From the NCBI RefSeq assembly GCF_963506605.1, contig NC_083278.1, positions 104,904,001 to 104,968,000 of the forward strand: a stretch of DNA of 64,000 bases, read 5' to 3'. The notes under the pieces were generated by a model. The model was given only the letters and a program-made list of their open reading frames with translations, did no database searches and was not told the DNA's origin. This document shows positions 30,088 through 41,913 of this stretch, in pieces. How positions within the stretch are numbered: position 1 is the first letter of the stretch; each line of letters starts with the position of its first letter. The stretch is from Zootoca vivipara (lineage: Eukaryota). Made by a program: the position numbers and the translations under genes.

Positions 30088-33000
30088 TCACCCCCCAAAA
30101 ATATCCAATATCCAAATATGTATAAGGCAACATCAGACTTTGACCTTGAGAAAATACACTATTTGAGTGAATAGAAAGAAGGTATTAGACCAAATGAAAT
30201 AAATGAGGAAGGCGATATCACCAGCTGATGGAAACTGCAGGAGGGGAGAGTGTTGCTACGCTTGCAGGCTTCCTATAGGCATCTAGTTTGCACTGTGAGA
30301 ACAGGATGCCGGACTAGAGGGTCCAATGGCCTGATCTAACAGGCTTTTCTTATGTTCTTACCATGAAGCTGCCACAGCTGGACCTCCACTTTCCATCAAA
30401 GGTTTGATTCATTTGGAAGTGACTGTAGTTTGAGTTGCTTACAAAATTCATGATCTTAACAGGGCTTTTCCTTTTTGTTATGATGCTCATTTTCTCTTTC
30501 AGGGGTTAGCAAATCAGTATTAAAAACAATGGAGAAAATGGATTTAGACAAAGTTAATCTTGAATTAATTGAGGCCTTACTGGAGTGGATCGTCAGTGGC
30601 GGACATTCGTATCCACCAGGTAACATGATGAGAAACAATGACCTATTTTACAAGCCTATGCAGCTCAGTTGCACCAAGAAGACCGTTTCCTGTTATCTTT
30701 TGTTGAAGTTCTACTCTGCTCTCCCTCTTTCTGAAAGAAAACTAGCTTTTTGACATAGGGTTTTGAAGCATAATAGGACTTTTCCCAGAATTAGGGTCCT
30801 CAGGAGGAAAAAATTCTTACTTACGCTGATGCTGAATTGAATCTTACCATAACATGTAATGCTGTATAAGGAGAAAAATCAATAAATTGTGGTTGCCTTC
30901 AGGAGCAAAAATGAAGAATATATATTGAGTTCTAGAAGACATTTCTATTAATTCTACCATTTTTATATACTCATATCTAGGTGCAGTACTGATTTTTTTG
31001 CCAGGCATGGAAGAAATTAAAACACTGTATAAGCAGTTGCAATCTAATCCACTCTTCAATAACCGGCGCAGCAATCGGTAAATTAAGAATATCCCTAAAT
31101 ATTTTAAAATGAAAATAAATTAATTAAAACTGACATTTTAATCAACTTTTACATCACTTTAAGTTGCTTATTTAAGAGTATGTGAACATTTTTCTTTCTT
31201 GCAGCATCTTTTATCTCTTCCCCCTCCCCAGTATAATTCTTAACTAGTGCATGGAAGATAATATTCTGTACTTCCAAGTAGAACTTGAAAAATAATACTC
31301 TTTAGCTGGGTGCTGCAGAAACATTGGGTTCTACATTGGTTTTAGACTCCTTGAGCTTATTAGATGTAAACCAGTTTATCCCTTAGTTCTTTGGCTTGAT
31401 ACCCTATTGTGTATCAGGTTACTGCCAGTCAAGAAAATGTATTGGGTCAGTTCAGAAGCAGTGCCAAACCATGCTTTGGAGCTACACATGGATGCGTCTT
31501 CTGCTCAGAGACTTTCTCCTCTGTTTGTGTGCTTTGGTTTCTCTCCTTCTGATTTTGCGGCAAATCTGGGGTGGGGGAGCTGTAGTGGGGCAGAGAGGAA
31601 GGGAAGTCCTGTTGTACCATGATCAGTCCATTCTTCTTGTATACAGACACAATTGATGTGACCCTTGGTTCTCCAGCTCTGACTACTATTTAAAATAAGT
31701 GATATATAAATGGAAAACAAAACCTCACTAAAAGCCCTCTAAACCTGTCCTCTGATCTTTTTCTCATAGCTGTGTTGTTTATCCACTTCATTCCTCACTT
31801 TCAAGTGAGGAGCAGCAATCTGTGTTCCTTAAGCCTCCTGTAGGGGTCACCAAGATCATCATATCTACAAACATTGCAGAAACCTCCATTACCATCGATG
31901 ATGTGGTCTACGTGATTGATTCAGGGAAGATGAAAGAAAAAAGGTACCTAGATAATAAGCAAATGCACCATGTACAATTTTTTTAAAAAAAACAACAACA
32001 AGCTTTGCTAAAATGGGGCCTATACGTCTGTGCACAGTGAGATTTCTACCTGATGGATTTCCTTGTTCCATGTCTCTTGAGCTGGAATACATTACAAAAC
32101 AGAAGCCCCAAATCTGCTGTTTCTCACCCTTCCTTTTTTTCCTCTTCCAGTTCCCCAATGACCAGAACTATTTCTGTTACTGTCTGTCACAGTTATTACT
32201 TCTCCCTTTAAGACCTATCCTTTTCACTCACTCATTTTTCTCAACCCATATTTTTCTGCTTTAATTTTTACAGGTGAAAAATGGGAAACATGTAGCAATG
32301 TTAGTTCACAGTGTTCTATAGTGGTGGTATCCTTCCCCCACCCCCCAGCATTTGTCAAATTGACTCTGTAAGCTTTCAGGCAGTAACTAAGGATAATCAA
32401 GATTTTAAAACAGTATTGAGATGGGTCTCTGGGAATCTAGGAGGTACAAGCATTTGGATGCTGGATACTTCTGCATGACTAATATTTGCAATAGGGGTAA
32501 AAATACAATAACAGAATCACATAGGCATGTTAAAAACATAATCAGAATATGAACATCCAATAATTGGTGTTGCCCAAGTGCCAAGGAAAATACAAAAGTA
32601 TTTGCCTGGCAGTGAAATTATGATAAAGTTGATGCCAGGCAGGTGTCCTTGGAGAAAGCATTTCATAGATGGGGAGCTACTATAGAGAAGGCTGTCCTCT
32701 CATCGCCAGAGAACCTCCATAGGAAGTGGCATGCAGAGAAGAGCCTCAGATGATGATTTCACAGTCCAGGCAGGAACATATACAGATAACTGTCCTTTTG
32801 GCATTCGGATCCTAAGCTGTAAAAGGCTTAAAGATCAAAACTAGCACTTTGAATTGAGCCCAGAAACAAATTGGCAGCTATCAGAGTCAGGCAAGAACTG
32901 GTGTTTATATGTTCACACACATCTTCTTGTCCCTGTTAATCATTTAGTTGCTACATTCTGCACTCGCTAGTTTCCATACAGTCTTCAAATGCAGCCCCAA

Positions 33001-36000
33001 GTACAATGCCTTGCAGTAGCATAACCTGCAAGCATCCAGTTTCCTAATTTTTGTACCTCCCTAGATTCCATGGGGTCACGAAGAGTCTGACACGACTAAA
33101 TGACTAAACAACAACAACAACAAGATTCCCAAAGGCCTATCAGAATATTGCAAACACTGTTCCATATCTTCCTCCTTGCAGGTTTGATCCAAGCAAAGGC
33201 ATGGAAAGCCTGGAGGATACATTTGTGTCCAAAGCCAATGCCTTGCAAAGGAAAGGACGAGCAGGCCGGGTAGCCTCTGGGGTCTGTTTTCATCTCTTCA
33301 GTAGCCATCATTACAATCATCACCTTTTGAAGCAGCAGTTACCTGAAATACAAAGAGTGCCTTTGGAACAGCTCTGTCTCAGGTAAGGCTTTCACTGGCA
33401 GCCAGAGCATCCCTGAAACAACCTTTACAGATCTTGCTGATTGGCACATCTTACACATACTGATTTGCCCCCGCTCCCATTCTCAAATTCCTCTTCCTCC
33501 AATTCCTCTTCATCCTTATTCTTCCTTAGGGCAAATAATTTTCCGTAGTCCTTACTCTACTTCTTGAAAATGTGTGTGTTAGCTTTTATGAATGCCCAGG
33601 CTCGGTACTTTGTTGGACTGCTTTTAAGAGAGAAACAGGTGGAGCTTAGGAATTACTGTACAAAACTGCCTCCTCTTTTTTTATTGTATACTGTGTGCAA
33701 CTCGAGATTTAACGCAGGTAGGTACAACATAATGGCTAGGGTTTGTAAATCGAATGGACTTGTTCCAGTTACTTCACTGACAGAGAGAAGGAACTGGTGT
33801 GGCCAGTGTCTGCAGTTTGCAAGCTTGCCCACGGACCCAAAATGGTTGGTGAACCCTACTACAGTGGTACCTCAACATCCGAATGCCTCAACTTCCGAAG
33901 GTTTTGACTTACGAAATCGGCAAACCCGGAAGTCTTTACGCCGCGCGCACGTTCTGCGCCTGCGCAGAAGCAGCACGCACAGTCGGCGCATGCGCAGAAG
34001 CACAAAATTGCACTTCGCGCATGCGCAAAATGGACACTTCGACAACCGAAGGTTTCAACTTACGAAGAGCGCCGCGGAATGGATCGCCTTCGTAAGTCGA
34101 GGTACCACTGTACATCCTGTTTGATACGGGATGCGGGTGACGCTGTGGTTCTTTACCTTTCCCTTTTTCCTTACCCTGTTTGATTCTGACTTCTTATGTT
34201 TTTCTGAGTCTGCCATTGCCCATCCAGAAAGCAAGACATTGATAGAAAGTTCTCAGTGGAGGCCTGCTAACATATTTGTATATTATATATTTATGTAGCT
34301 GAAGCTAACGTATCCAACTCTGACCAAATGATTGTATTTTCCTCTTTCTTCCAGAATTAAGATTTTGGACATGTTCTCCACACAAAGCCTTCATTCAGTT
34401 CTCATGCGGCTGATTGAGCCACCAACAGCCGAATCTCTACGTTCCTCAAAGCAACGACTGCAGGATGTTGGAGCCTTAACTTCAGATGAGAAGCTCACGC
34501 CCTTGGGGTATCATTTGGCTTCCTTGCCTGTTGATGTCAGTATTGGGAAGCTAATGCTGTTTGGCACCATTTTCCGCTGTCTGGATCCAGCACTGACAAT
34601 TGCAGCAAGCAGAGCCCACAAGTCTCCCTTTGTAAGTGCTGTTGTTTCAAGATATGTCCACGTGTGCAAAGAAATCTTTCCTAAACTCTTAAAATGGAAC
34701 CTTTTAAACCTATTATATGATTGAAAGTGGTTTGGGAGAGGTTTCACTTCCCATAGCAGTTGGGAGGGGGGGGATAAATGGGATAGTTCTGTACATCTTG
34801 TAGAATGCAATGTACAAAATTTTCATATACCCAGAATACACTGTGTAAATCTGAACTCTGTAGGCTGTATTTTAATTTTACATCTGCCAGTTGTGTAATG
34901 GTGTGCTTTCCATAGTTCAGCTATGGAACTCGCTCCCATAGGAAGTTGTGATGGCCACCAACCTAGATGGCTTTAAAATAGAATTGGACAAATACATTGA
35001 GGACTATCAATAGCTTCTAGCTATGATGGCTGTGCTCTGCCTCCAAGGAGGCAGCAAGTCTTCTGAATACCAGGTGCTGGAAACCAAAGGTTGGGAGTAT
35101 GCTCTTGTCCTGAAATCCCGCTTGTGGGTTTCCCAAAGGCATCTGCTTGGCCAGTGTGAGAACAGGTTGCATTTATGTTTTAAAAGGTTTCTCCATGGGA
35201 CAAAAGAGAGGAGGCATTCAAGAAAAAGCTGGAATTTGCAATAGGAAACAGTGATTATCTTGCTCTTCTCCAAGCATATAAGGTGAGAAATAAAAGCATG
35301 CCCTGTACTTGATTTTCAGAGTTATTGTAGCCATAGAGCCTCCTAACTGTGAGAGATGAGATGGCAGGCTATAACAGCTTACATTTTCACTATTTAGGGA
35401 TGGCGTACAGCTTCAAAGGACGGCTTTCAAGCAAGTTACACGTTTTGTAGACAAAATTTCTTATCAGAAAGCGTTTTTCTGGTAAGTTAGCATTCTTGTT
35501 CACAGTTTTGAGTTTTAAAAGTGTATATTGAACCTCGTGTCAGATTGTTATGTTCTGCCTTCCTGTTGTGCAATCTTATAATGAAAACGTTTATAGGTTT
35601 CAGCTTTGCATTTATCAGAAAACTCAGTACATGCAAGACATTTTCTAGGCCCATTTAATGTTTTATCTCACTGCATTTCACTATGTTACTTGCAGATTAT
35701 CTTCAAGATGTGGTACCCAGCAGTGCTATTCAACTAAATTTTACTCAGACCCATTGAAATTAATGGACCTCACGTAGTCATGTTGATTAATTTCAGTAGG
35801 TTTCCTCTGAGTAAAATTTGGTTGACTACTACCTCAGGCTTAACAGTGTGATATATCTGTGTTTATCCTTGGTAGGCAGGCAATGGAAGAGGGGGGAACT
35901 GGGTGCATCATAAGATTGGGTTGGTTTTTTAAAAAAAATATGCTGCCTTTTTAGATAACTTCAGCTTTTCCAGAAAAGTTGAGGATAATCTCTGATGGAT

Positions 36001-39000
36001 GACAGGATTTAGTGAAATGGATCAACTACTATACCATATAATATTTAATTCCTTAGCTGCTGGGACTGAATTATAAATGTTGACACTATGGTTGTCAACC
36101 ACTGAATTAAATCACCCTAGCTGAAAGGTAAAGTGTGTGGATCAGCTGTAAATAAATTCCTCACTGGACTCCTCACACACACATAAACGCACACAGGCCT
36201 CTCTCCACAACAACACACCAAAGAAGATGCATATTTTTATTTATGACAGGGACCACAGCTGAGTGGGATCCAAAATGCAGCCACTGGCATCTCTCCAGTC
36301 TACAAAAATATATAGATAGAACCTGATGGGGAAAAGATCTCTACCGCAGATTCCAGAGAGTCACAATCCAGTACTGGGCCTTAGACAAATAGACTTCCTA
36401 AAAAGCATTTTCCTATGTGCTTAACTACAGTATTGGCCCGAATATAAGTTGCACCTGCAAAATTGGAGGGGGAAAAAGAAAAAATACCCAAATATAAGCC
36501 GCTCCATTCCTCGCAGCTCCTGGCTGCATACTGGGGGGGGGGGCATGCTGCGTTGCTGGCGGCCTTTCCCCTTCCTCACTCACTTTCTTTCCAGCCTTGG
36601 GGGAGAGGACAGAGGACTACGGGTGCCGCTTTGCCGCACTCCTGGCACTGGCTGAATACTGTATGGTCACGAATATAACCCACACTTTAACTTTTCACGG
36701 TCAGAATTTGGGGGAAAAGTGAGGCTTATATTCAGGCTAATTCTTCTTCTTTCTTTGGCGATCACTCGTAGCCGAGTAAGATTGTCTTCCATAAACATGG
36801 TTTTAACAATGAGTCCATAAGTGAGGCCAATTCTGGATCCACACGTCCTTCCACAGTGGGGACATAGGTTTCCGGCCGGGAGTTGATTACGGTGAGAGTT
36901 TGCCAAGCATGCCTTCCTCTTAGCACGTTTCTCCCTTGCATCCTGTGTTTGAGTGTCTTCAAAACCCAATGACACTTTGGTAAAGGCTGTTTTCCAACTG
37001 GAACGCTTGCAGGCCAGTGTTTTCCAGTTGTCAGTGTTTATACTACATTTTTTTTAATTGGTCTTTAAACCTCTTTTGTTGATCTTATTCAAAGGTGTTC
37101 TTTCTCTCTCCTCCCTCATAGCAAATGGCCAGTTTAAAAAGGCAGTTCACGGAACTGTTGTCTGACATTGGATTTGTGAAAGAGGGACTCAGAGCCAAGG
37201 ATATTGAGAGGAGGTGGTCTCAGGGAGGAGACGGCGTTCTGGAAGCAACTGGAGAAGAGGTGACATTATCTCATTAATCCATTATCTTTCTTGTGGTGTT
37301 CTTCCTCTCATTCTCTGTCACTTTCCTCATCTGTCCAAATAATGACATTCATTTTTCCCTCCCATCCATTCTGACTATTTCTACTCTCCCCTTCTCGTCA
37401 TGATTTAATGGAACCAAAATAATAGCTGGAACCTTGGACAGTGTTTTTGTTCAGTGATTTGGAGCTTCCTGCTCAAGTGAAAACCCTTTGCTTTCCAGCT
37501 GATTTTAAAAAGTCCAGGGGTGCCCCCCCTTTTTTAGGGAGGGACATATAGGGCCCAGAGCTTCTACCACTTAAAAATAGATGCATTCATATTTTCTAAA
37601 AAAAATCTCTGTAACTGTAGGGTCTGGAAGCTTACCTTTACATGAAAGCTGGAATTCTCAAGGTCATGTCCTTATTCCCTAACTTGTAGGTACCCTTTTG
37701 TTTTCATCACAGGCAAATGCTAATGCGGACAACGTCAAGTTAATATCAGCCATGTTATGTGCTGCTCTGTATCCCAATGTGGTTCAGGTAAGAGGCCAGT
37801 GCTTTTTCATTTCTCTGTTTCTGTCCATATTGCACACGTGCCATTAGTTTTATGCTGCATGCTTGAAAGCTGAGCTACTTGATAATAGCAATTCCTTAAA
37901 AGGGAATCTATGTCTTTTTCTTTCTCATGCTTCTGTTGGGTTTAGAGACCTGTCAGTATTTCCAGTGCTTTCAAGAAACATCTCCTTCTGTACAACCCTA
38001 CTGAATGGAAGTTGCTTATGAGTATTTCTATCACTGTTCCCTGTTTTTTTTACTGTTTTAGGTGAAAATGCCAGAAGGGAAGTATCAGAAGACCAGTACA
38101 GGAGCTGTTAAAATGAAGCCAAAAGCTGCAGAGCTGAAGTTTGTTACTAAGAAGGAGGGCTCTGTTCACATTCATCCATCCTCTGTAAACTACCAGGTGA
38201 TTTTCCCAGCCCCAGTCATTCTGTAGCTCAGGTCAGCAACCTTTTTCAGCCGTGGGCCGGTCCACCGTCCCTCAGACCATGTAGTGGGCTGGACTATATT
38301 TGGGGTGTGTGTGAACGAATTCCTATGCCCCACAAATAACCCAGAGATGCATTTTAAATAAAAGCTCACATTCTACTCATGTACGAATCAGCAGTCCATA
38401 GTGCAATTCCTTGCATTTACACATCTATAATGCGGGTGGCGCTGTGGTCTAAACCACTGAGCCTAGGGCTTGCCGATCGGAAGGTCGGTGGTTCGCTCCT
38501 GTAGTTCGGTCCTAGCTCCTGCCAACCTAGCAGTTTGAGAGCACATTAAAATGCAAGTACAGTAGATAAATAGGTACCACTCTGGCAGGAAGGTAAATGG
38601 TGTTTCCGTGTGCTGCTCTGGTTTCGCCAGAAGCGGCTTTCGCCGCAACCCCAGAATCGTTCACGACTGGACTTAACTGTCAGGGGTCCTTTCCTTTACC
38701 TTTTTAAGCCACATTGTAATCTGTTGGACTTGTATCTATGCACAGATGCATAAGATAAGAAGCAAGCTAATCTTAGTTTAACTTAGTTCACATTGGAATC
38801 AGTGGGACTTAATATATGACCAACTTGTCCCAATTGATTTTCAGCCAATACTGTAGTAGGTTATTTTCCTTTCTCCTTCAGCTTACACACCCATGTGAAA
38901 TTTGTGTAAATATTTCAGACTTCTGCCCCTGCTGCCTGGCAAATGGTATGCTGGCATTGGACAACCTTTTCCCAGCAAAACCAATGGCCTGTGTCATATA

Positions 39001-40464
39001 TTGTATAGTGATAGGTATGGAACCGGTTGTTGTTGTTGTTGTTGAAGTTTCACCAGTTTTTTTGGGTTCCTTGTTTCAGACAAGGCACTTTGATAGCCCT
39101 TACTTAGTGTATCACGAGATGATAAAAACCAGCCGGGTGTTTATTCGAGACTGCAGCATGGTGTCTGTGTACCCACTGATCTTGTTTGGAGGCGGCCGTG
39201 TTAATGTGCATCTTCAGAAGGGAGAGTTTGTTGTTTCCTTGGACGATGGGTGGATTCGTTTTGTTGCAGCCTCACACCAGGTAAGAAAATGAGCAACTCA
39301 TCACATTGCACCTAATTGCTTATGATGGGGAAATTATTTTCATTGTACCAAGGGGAGAGAGGGGAACAGCTCATTCTACTTTGTACTGGCATGCAGGAAA
39401 TGGCTTATGACCCTTAACCAAATTTCCTCTTGAGACATTAAGTCCACTGGGCTAAAATGGATATAAAACACTAATTCCAATAGAATTATAGAATAGCATG
39501 GGCAGCATCTGGTCCAACAAGTGTGTTTACTTTCCTAAGTTGAAAGGTCAGGTTGTTCTTTATGTCTGCATGACCAGCTATTTAAGAACCAAAGATCTTT
39601 CAGAAATTTAGACAGATGTCCTCATCTCTTGGGTATCAACTCTGCGGTTTATGGTTAAAATACCCGGAAGTACAATTTGCATAGGCACTTTCATGAGCAC
39701 AACAAACCCCAGGCTGTAGACGGCAGAACAAATTGTATCAGCACCGCTAAAAGCTAAATTTGCCTCTCGGGTCTTTGTCTGGACAAAAGCAACAGAGTAT
39801 TGTGGCACCTTAGACTAACAAATTTCTTTCGGCATTATGACACTGTTGGATGCACGATGCTATATCATCGGTGGATATACAAGAAGAAAAGGCATAAAAA
39901 GTTTAAAAGGTCCAACTGTACTGTGCAGAGCATTAATGAACACAAAATCCAGTCAAATGAGAAAAATTCCAAGTGGTGTAGGTATGACCTGTGCAGCTTG
40001 AAAAAATGCAGTGCCTTTCATCTTCTATTTGTTGAGATTCTTAAGGACATTATTGTCATCATAGTTTTCAAGCAATGCCCCAGTTGGGCCTCTTTTATGC
40101 AAGCACAAATGTTAAGCATAAAAAGTGCAGCCGGTCTTTCATGCAATATCAGAGGGAGGACCAGGGCCTTCAGAAGTAACTTCTAATGTAGTGTGAGGAA
40201 CCTCAGGTTTTGCTGGACTCCCAGCCAGCATGGCCTAATGGTCAGAGATGATGGGGGCTTGTGATCTGGCCTGGACTACCCCTAAGCAGTTTAACTCATA
40301 AGAATATTTGTGTTTTTCAGGTAGCCGAACTAGTGAAAGAACTTCGCTGTGAGCTTGACCAGCTACTCCAGGATAAAGTAAAAAACCCCAGCATAGATCT
40401 TTGTACCTGCCCTCGAGGGTCTCGTATCATTAGCATGATCGTTAAACTTGTGACCACACAATAA
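10163..40464 (+). CDS. DHX57: DExH-box RNA helicase DHX57, 23 coding exons, 1374 aa
   Basis: Exons: 10163-10395, 11977-12129, 13670-13843, 15774-16588, 19026-19198, 19948-20069, 22916-23111, 24411-24535, 26137-26270, 27774-27828, 28827-29032, 30503-30619, 30981-31077, 31770-31943, 33182-33382, 34355-34631, 35187-35282, 35398-35481, 37122-37259, 37713-37787, 38062-38196, 39080-39280, 40321-40464 (4125 nt, all GT-AG, phases consistent). Motifs: RGG-rich N-terminus, UBA-like region, CCCH finger [22 protein letters not shown]-like region, Walker [46 protein letters not shown], and C-terminus ...IVKLVTTQ*. Confidence 0.97.
10505..10708 (+). mobile_element. tRNA-derived squamate SINE (Squam2-like), diverged
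   Basis: GGGGCTGTAGCTC... head and ...CTTCCTGTGTTCCT tail. Other copies at about 18341-18510, 28527-28697 (-), 36245-36420 and 61520-61857. Confidence 0.6.
10736..10921. mobile_element. hAT-type MITE
   Basis: CAGGGGTTGGGAACCT...AGGTTGACTACCCCTG imperfect terminal inverted repeats (TIRs); TSD not clearly preserved. Confidence 0.6.
11308..11533. mobile_element. Tc1/mariner-type MITE
   Basis: TIR CAGTGGTACCTC...GAGGTACCACTG flanked by TA; an inverted relative is at 19545-19761. Confidence 0.88.
12377..13134 (-). mobile_element. Putative solo LTR
   Basis: About 760-bp CpG-rich block in an AT-rich intron, with TG...CA-like ends and a minus-strand AATAAA (12471-12476). TSD not identified, so boundaries are approximate. 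Confidence 0.45.
13997..14191. mobile_element. Tc1/mariner-type MITE
   Basis: TIR CAGTGGTACCTCGA...TCGAGGTACCACTG; an inverted relative is at 33862-34110. Confidence 0.85.
14621..15284. mobile_element. Non-autonomous hAT (Charlie-like) element, 664 bp
   Basis: TIR CAGTGTTTCTCAACC...GGTTGAGAAACGCTG; perfect 8-bp TSD CCCTAGGG; internal hairpin at about 15010-15073. Confidence 0.9.
19545..19761. mobile_element. Tc1/mariner-type MITE (one end truncated)
   Basis: Reverse-complement match to 11308-11533. Confidence 0.85.
20535..20751. mobile_element. Penelope-like retroelement fold-back remnant
   Basis: Near-perfect inverted arms of about 80 bp; 13-bp TSD ACTACAGAATACT (20522-20534, 20752-20764); contains a hammerhead-type core. 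Confidence 0.8.
20659..20696 (+). ncRNA. Minimal type I hammerhead ribozyme motif (Penelope-associated)
   Basis: gcat-CUGAAGA-a-GUGUG caug CACAC-GAAA-gc-UC-auac: conserved core boxes, stem II, very short stem III, and stem I with one mismatch. Confidence 0.65.
21655..22037. mobile_element. GC-rich non-autonomous hAT element
   Basis: CAGGGA/G...CCCCTG termini; TSD ATCTAACA/ATCTAACC; same family as 29184-29591. Confidence 0.82.
23875..24051. mobile_element. GC-rich hAT MITE
   Basis: CAGGGC...GCCCTG termini; perfect 8-bp TSD GTTGTGCA. Confidence 0.85.
25268..25509. mobile_element. Tc1/mariner-type MITE
   Basis: (T/C)AGTGGTACCTTGG...CCAAGTACCACTG with TA flanks. Confidence 0.82.
28200..28465 (-). 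mobile_element. Degenerate internal fragment of an RTE-type LINE
   Basis: Translation [14 protein letters not shown]...[23 protein letters not shown]...[11 protein letters not shown] resembles the region N-terminal to the RT domain in RTE LINEs. Confidence 0.6.
29184..29591. mobile_element. Young GC-rich non-autonomous hAT element with long internal hairpin
   Basis: TIR CAGGGGTCCCCAGACT...AGTTTGGGGACCCCTG; perfect 8-bp TSD CTCTAGTG; inverted arms at about 29338-29466. Confidence 0.9.
30016..30088. repeat. Compound (CT)n(GT)n microsatellite
   Basis: Direct observation. Confidence 0.98.
32520..33030 (-). mobile_element. Old L2-like LINE fragment
   Basis: Degenerate reverse-complement similarity to 2671-3072 (the ..YCKALYLGL.. 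and TGCCAATTTGTTTCTGGGCTCAATTCAAAGTGCTAG segments). Confidence 0.6.
33070..33122 (+). mobile_element. 5'-truncated BovB 3' tip
   Basis: ATGGGGTCACGAAGAGTCTGACACGACTAAATGACTAAAC(AAC)n, with AGATTCC duplicated on both sides. Confidence 0.85.
33862..34110. mobile_element. Tc1/mariner-type MITE
   Basis: TA-CAGTGGTACCTC...GAGGTACCACTG-TA. Confidence 0.88.
34126..34174 (+). mobile_element. Collapsed Sauria SINE (head joined directly to tail)
   Basis: GGGATGCGGGTGACGCTGTGGTT followed by CTTTACCTTT...; 10-bp TSD CCTGTTTGAT. Confidence 0.75.
34905..35166 (+). mobile_element. CR1-type LINE 3' fragment
   Basis: TGGAACTCGCTCCCA...GTGATGGCCACCAACCTAGATGGCTTTAAAA..GAATTGGACAAAT is the typical CR1 ORF2 end and 3' UTR. 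Confidence 0.65.
36428..36738. mobile_element. Tc1/Tigger-like MITE, right end abutting an RTE insertion
   Basis: TA-CAGTATTGGCCCGAATATAAG ... CTTATATTCAGGC inverted ends and repeated GAATATAA subterminal motifs. Confidence 0.65.
36741..37082 (-). mobile_element. RTE-clade LINE 3' fragment
   Basis: Encodes ...[17 protein letters not shown]; (GAA)n tail; homologous to 3073-3575. Confidence 0.82.
38229..38385. mobile_element. Truncated hAT (Charlie-group) MITE
   Basis: CAGGTCAGCAACCTTTTT...GTCCCTCAGACC...GGACTATA...AATTCCTATGC. Confidence 0.55.
38431..38703 (+). mobile_element. Sauria SINE with internal deletions
   Basis: GCGGGTGGCGCTGTGG head, CCTGCCAACCTAGCAGTT core, and CAGGGGTCCTTTCCTTTACCTTT tail. 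Confidence 0.9.
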
Positions 40465-41913
40465 CACTGAACATTTGGTATAAAGACTTATCAGCAGAAC
40501 AATGGCAATAGAGATGCAAACATCACGGATGCCAGGAAGCCTAATGGCAAAGTGGCAATCAAAGAAACCACTATATTTGGAGAAACAAGGATGGTGGGTT
40601 TTTTCACCCAAATCATGAAAAGTTGGCATATTTTAAGGGAAACGCAAGTGTTTCCGGGGGCAATATGTGAAGTATAGAGTGAGAGACTACAGTATTGTTA
40701 TTTATGCCAATGAAAACTCAAAGAAATCAAAAAACATTCAATTCTAATGTGTTTTTCTTGTCACTGTTTTTGTCCAATTAAGGATTAACTCTTTTTGCTA
40801 CAAAATGACGATCTATTGACTTTGCTCTTCTCCTTAAGGCAGGACTTGATGTTTACTACAGCAACTGCTTGTATTTTCCTAAATTCTAAAATGGATTTCC
40901 CTGTAAGCTTTCCCTAAAACCTTTCCTAATCTGATCAATTAATCATTGTCGGTTGCCAGAAATTTTAATGAAAGATAAATGGTCTTTAGTATAAAAACGA
41001 ACTAGGCTCTATGAGCTGGTGTGTGTGTGTGTGTGTGTGTAAGCACACAGGGCTCAAATTACAGCTTGCCAAAGGGTGTGGAAGTTGTCTTGCTCCTTCT
41101 CAAAGGGTTATTCTAGAGAAGAAAGTTAATTACTCTTTTACACTGCCTGAAGTAAACTTAGCTTCCTTGACAAGACAGCACTTATGAACGCAGTAAGTGT
41201 GAAGTGTGCCAAGTTTTGCAAAAGCAAGACATGAAGATAATGCTGTTACATCCTAGTTCTGAACACCGATGGCTCCTGAAACCAGATCTTTCACAGGCCA
41301 GAAGAAATGGTTGAGGAATGCAAGTACAAAAGAGGCTTATTTCAGTACAGTTCATTATGTCTTGTGGACTCGCATCAGCCTAGCAACTTCTTATTAACAA
41401 GGAGCACAATCCTGCAGAAATTAAGCTCCCAAAAAGGTGCATTTAAGGATTTTTAAAAACAGTAAACCAACATTGGGGCAGGAGTGGAGAATGCACAAGT
41501 GCTATGGCGATAGAAACGAGCCCGCTGGTGGTTAAAAATAAAAATAAAACTGTATAGTAACTTTATGTATGTCACCTTAGGTGGTCATTGGTTGGAGTAA
41601 TGGTGATCAACAAGCTCTATAAATAAACAGGAACTTGTTCATTAGATTCATAATGTATTTTGATGTTTCTTTTTTGCAAGAAATTGTATACAGGTAACTT
41701 TCCACTTGCGCGGGGGTTACGTTCCAGTCCCGCACATGCATAAGTGAAATTGCGTAGTGAGGAACACCTTCTAAACACTCTTTAAACACCTTCTGTTGCA
41801 CTCTCTTCAATCCAGCCAATGTGAGTTTTGTAGTCCATGTAGAAGGCATCAGGTTGGGGAAGGTTAGCATAGGGTTTGCAAGTAGGTAACTTCATCACAA
41901 TTCTTCAACTCTG

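Noticed and set aside
39760-39880. Fourth, older Penelope-like remnant with a possible ribozyme
   Set aside because: Only GTGGCACCTTAGACTAACAAATTT is recognisable; the hammerhead core boxes are not intact.
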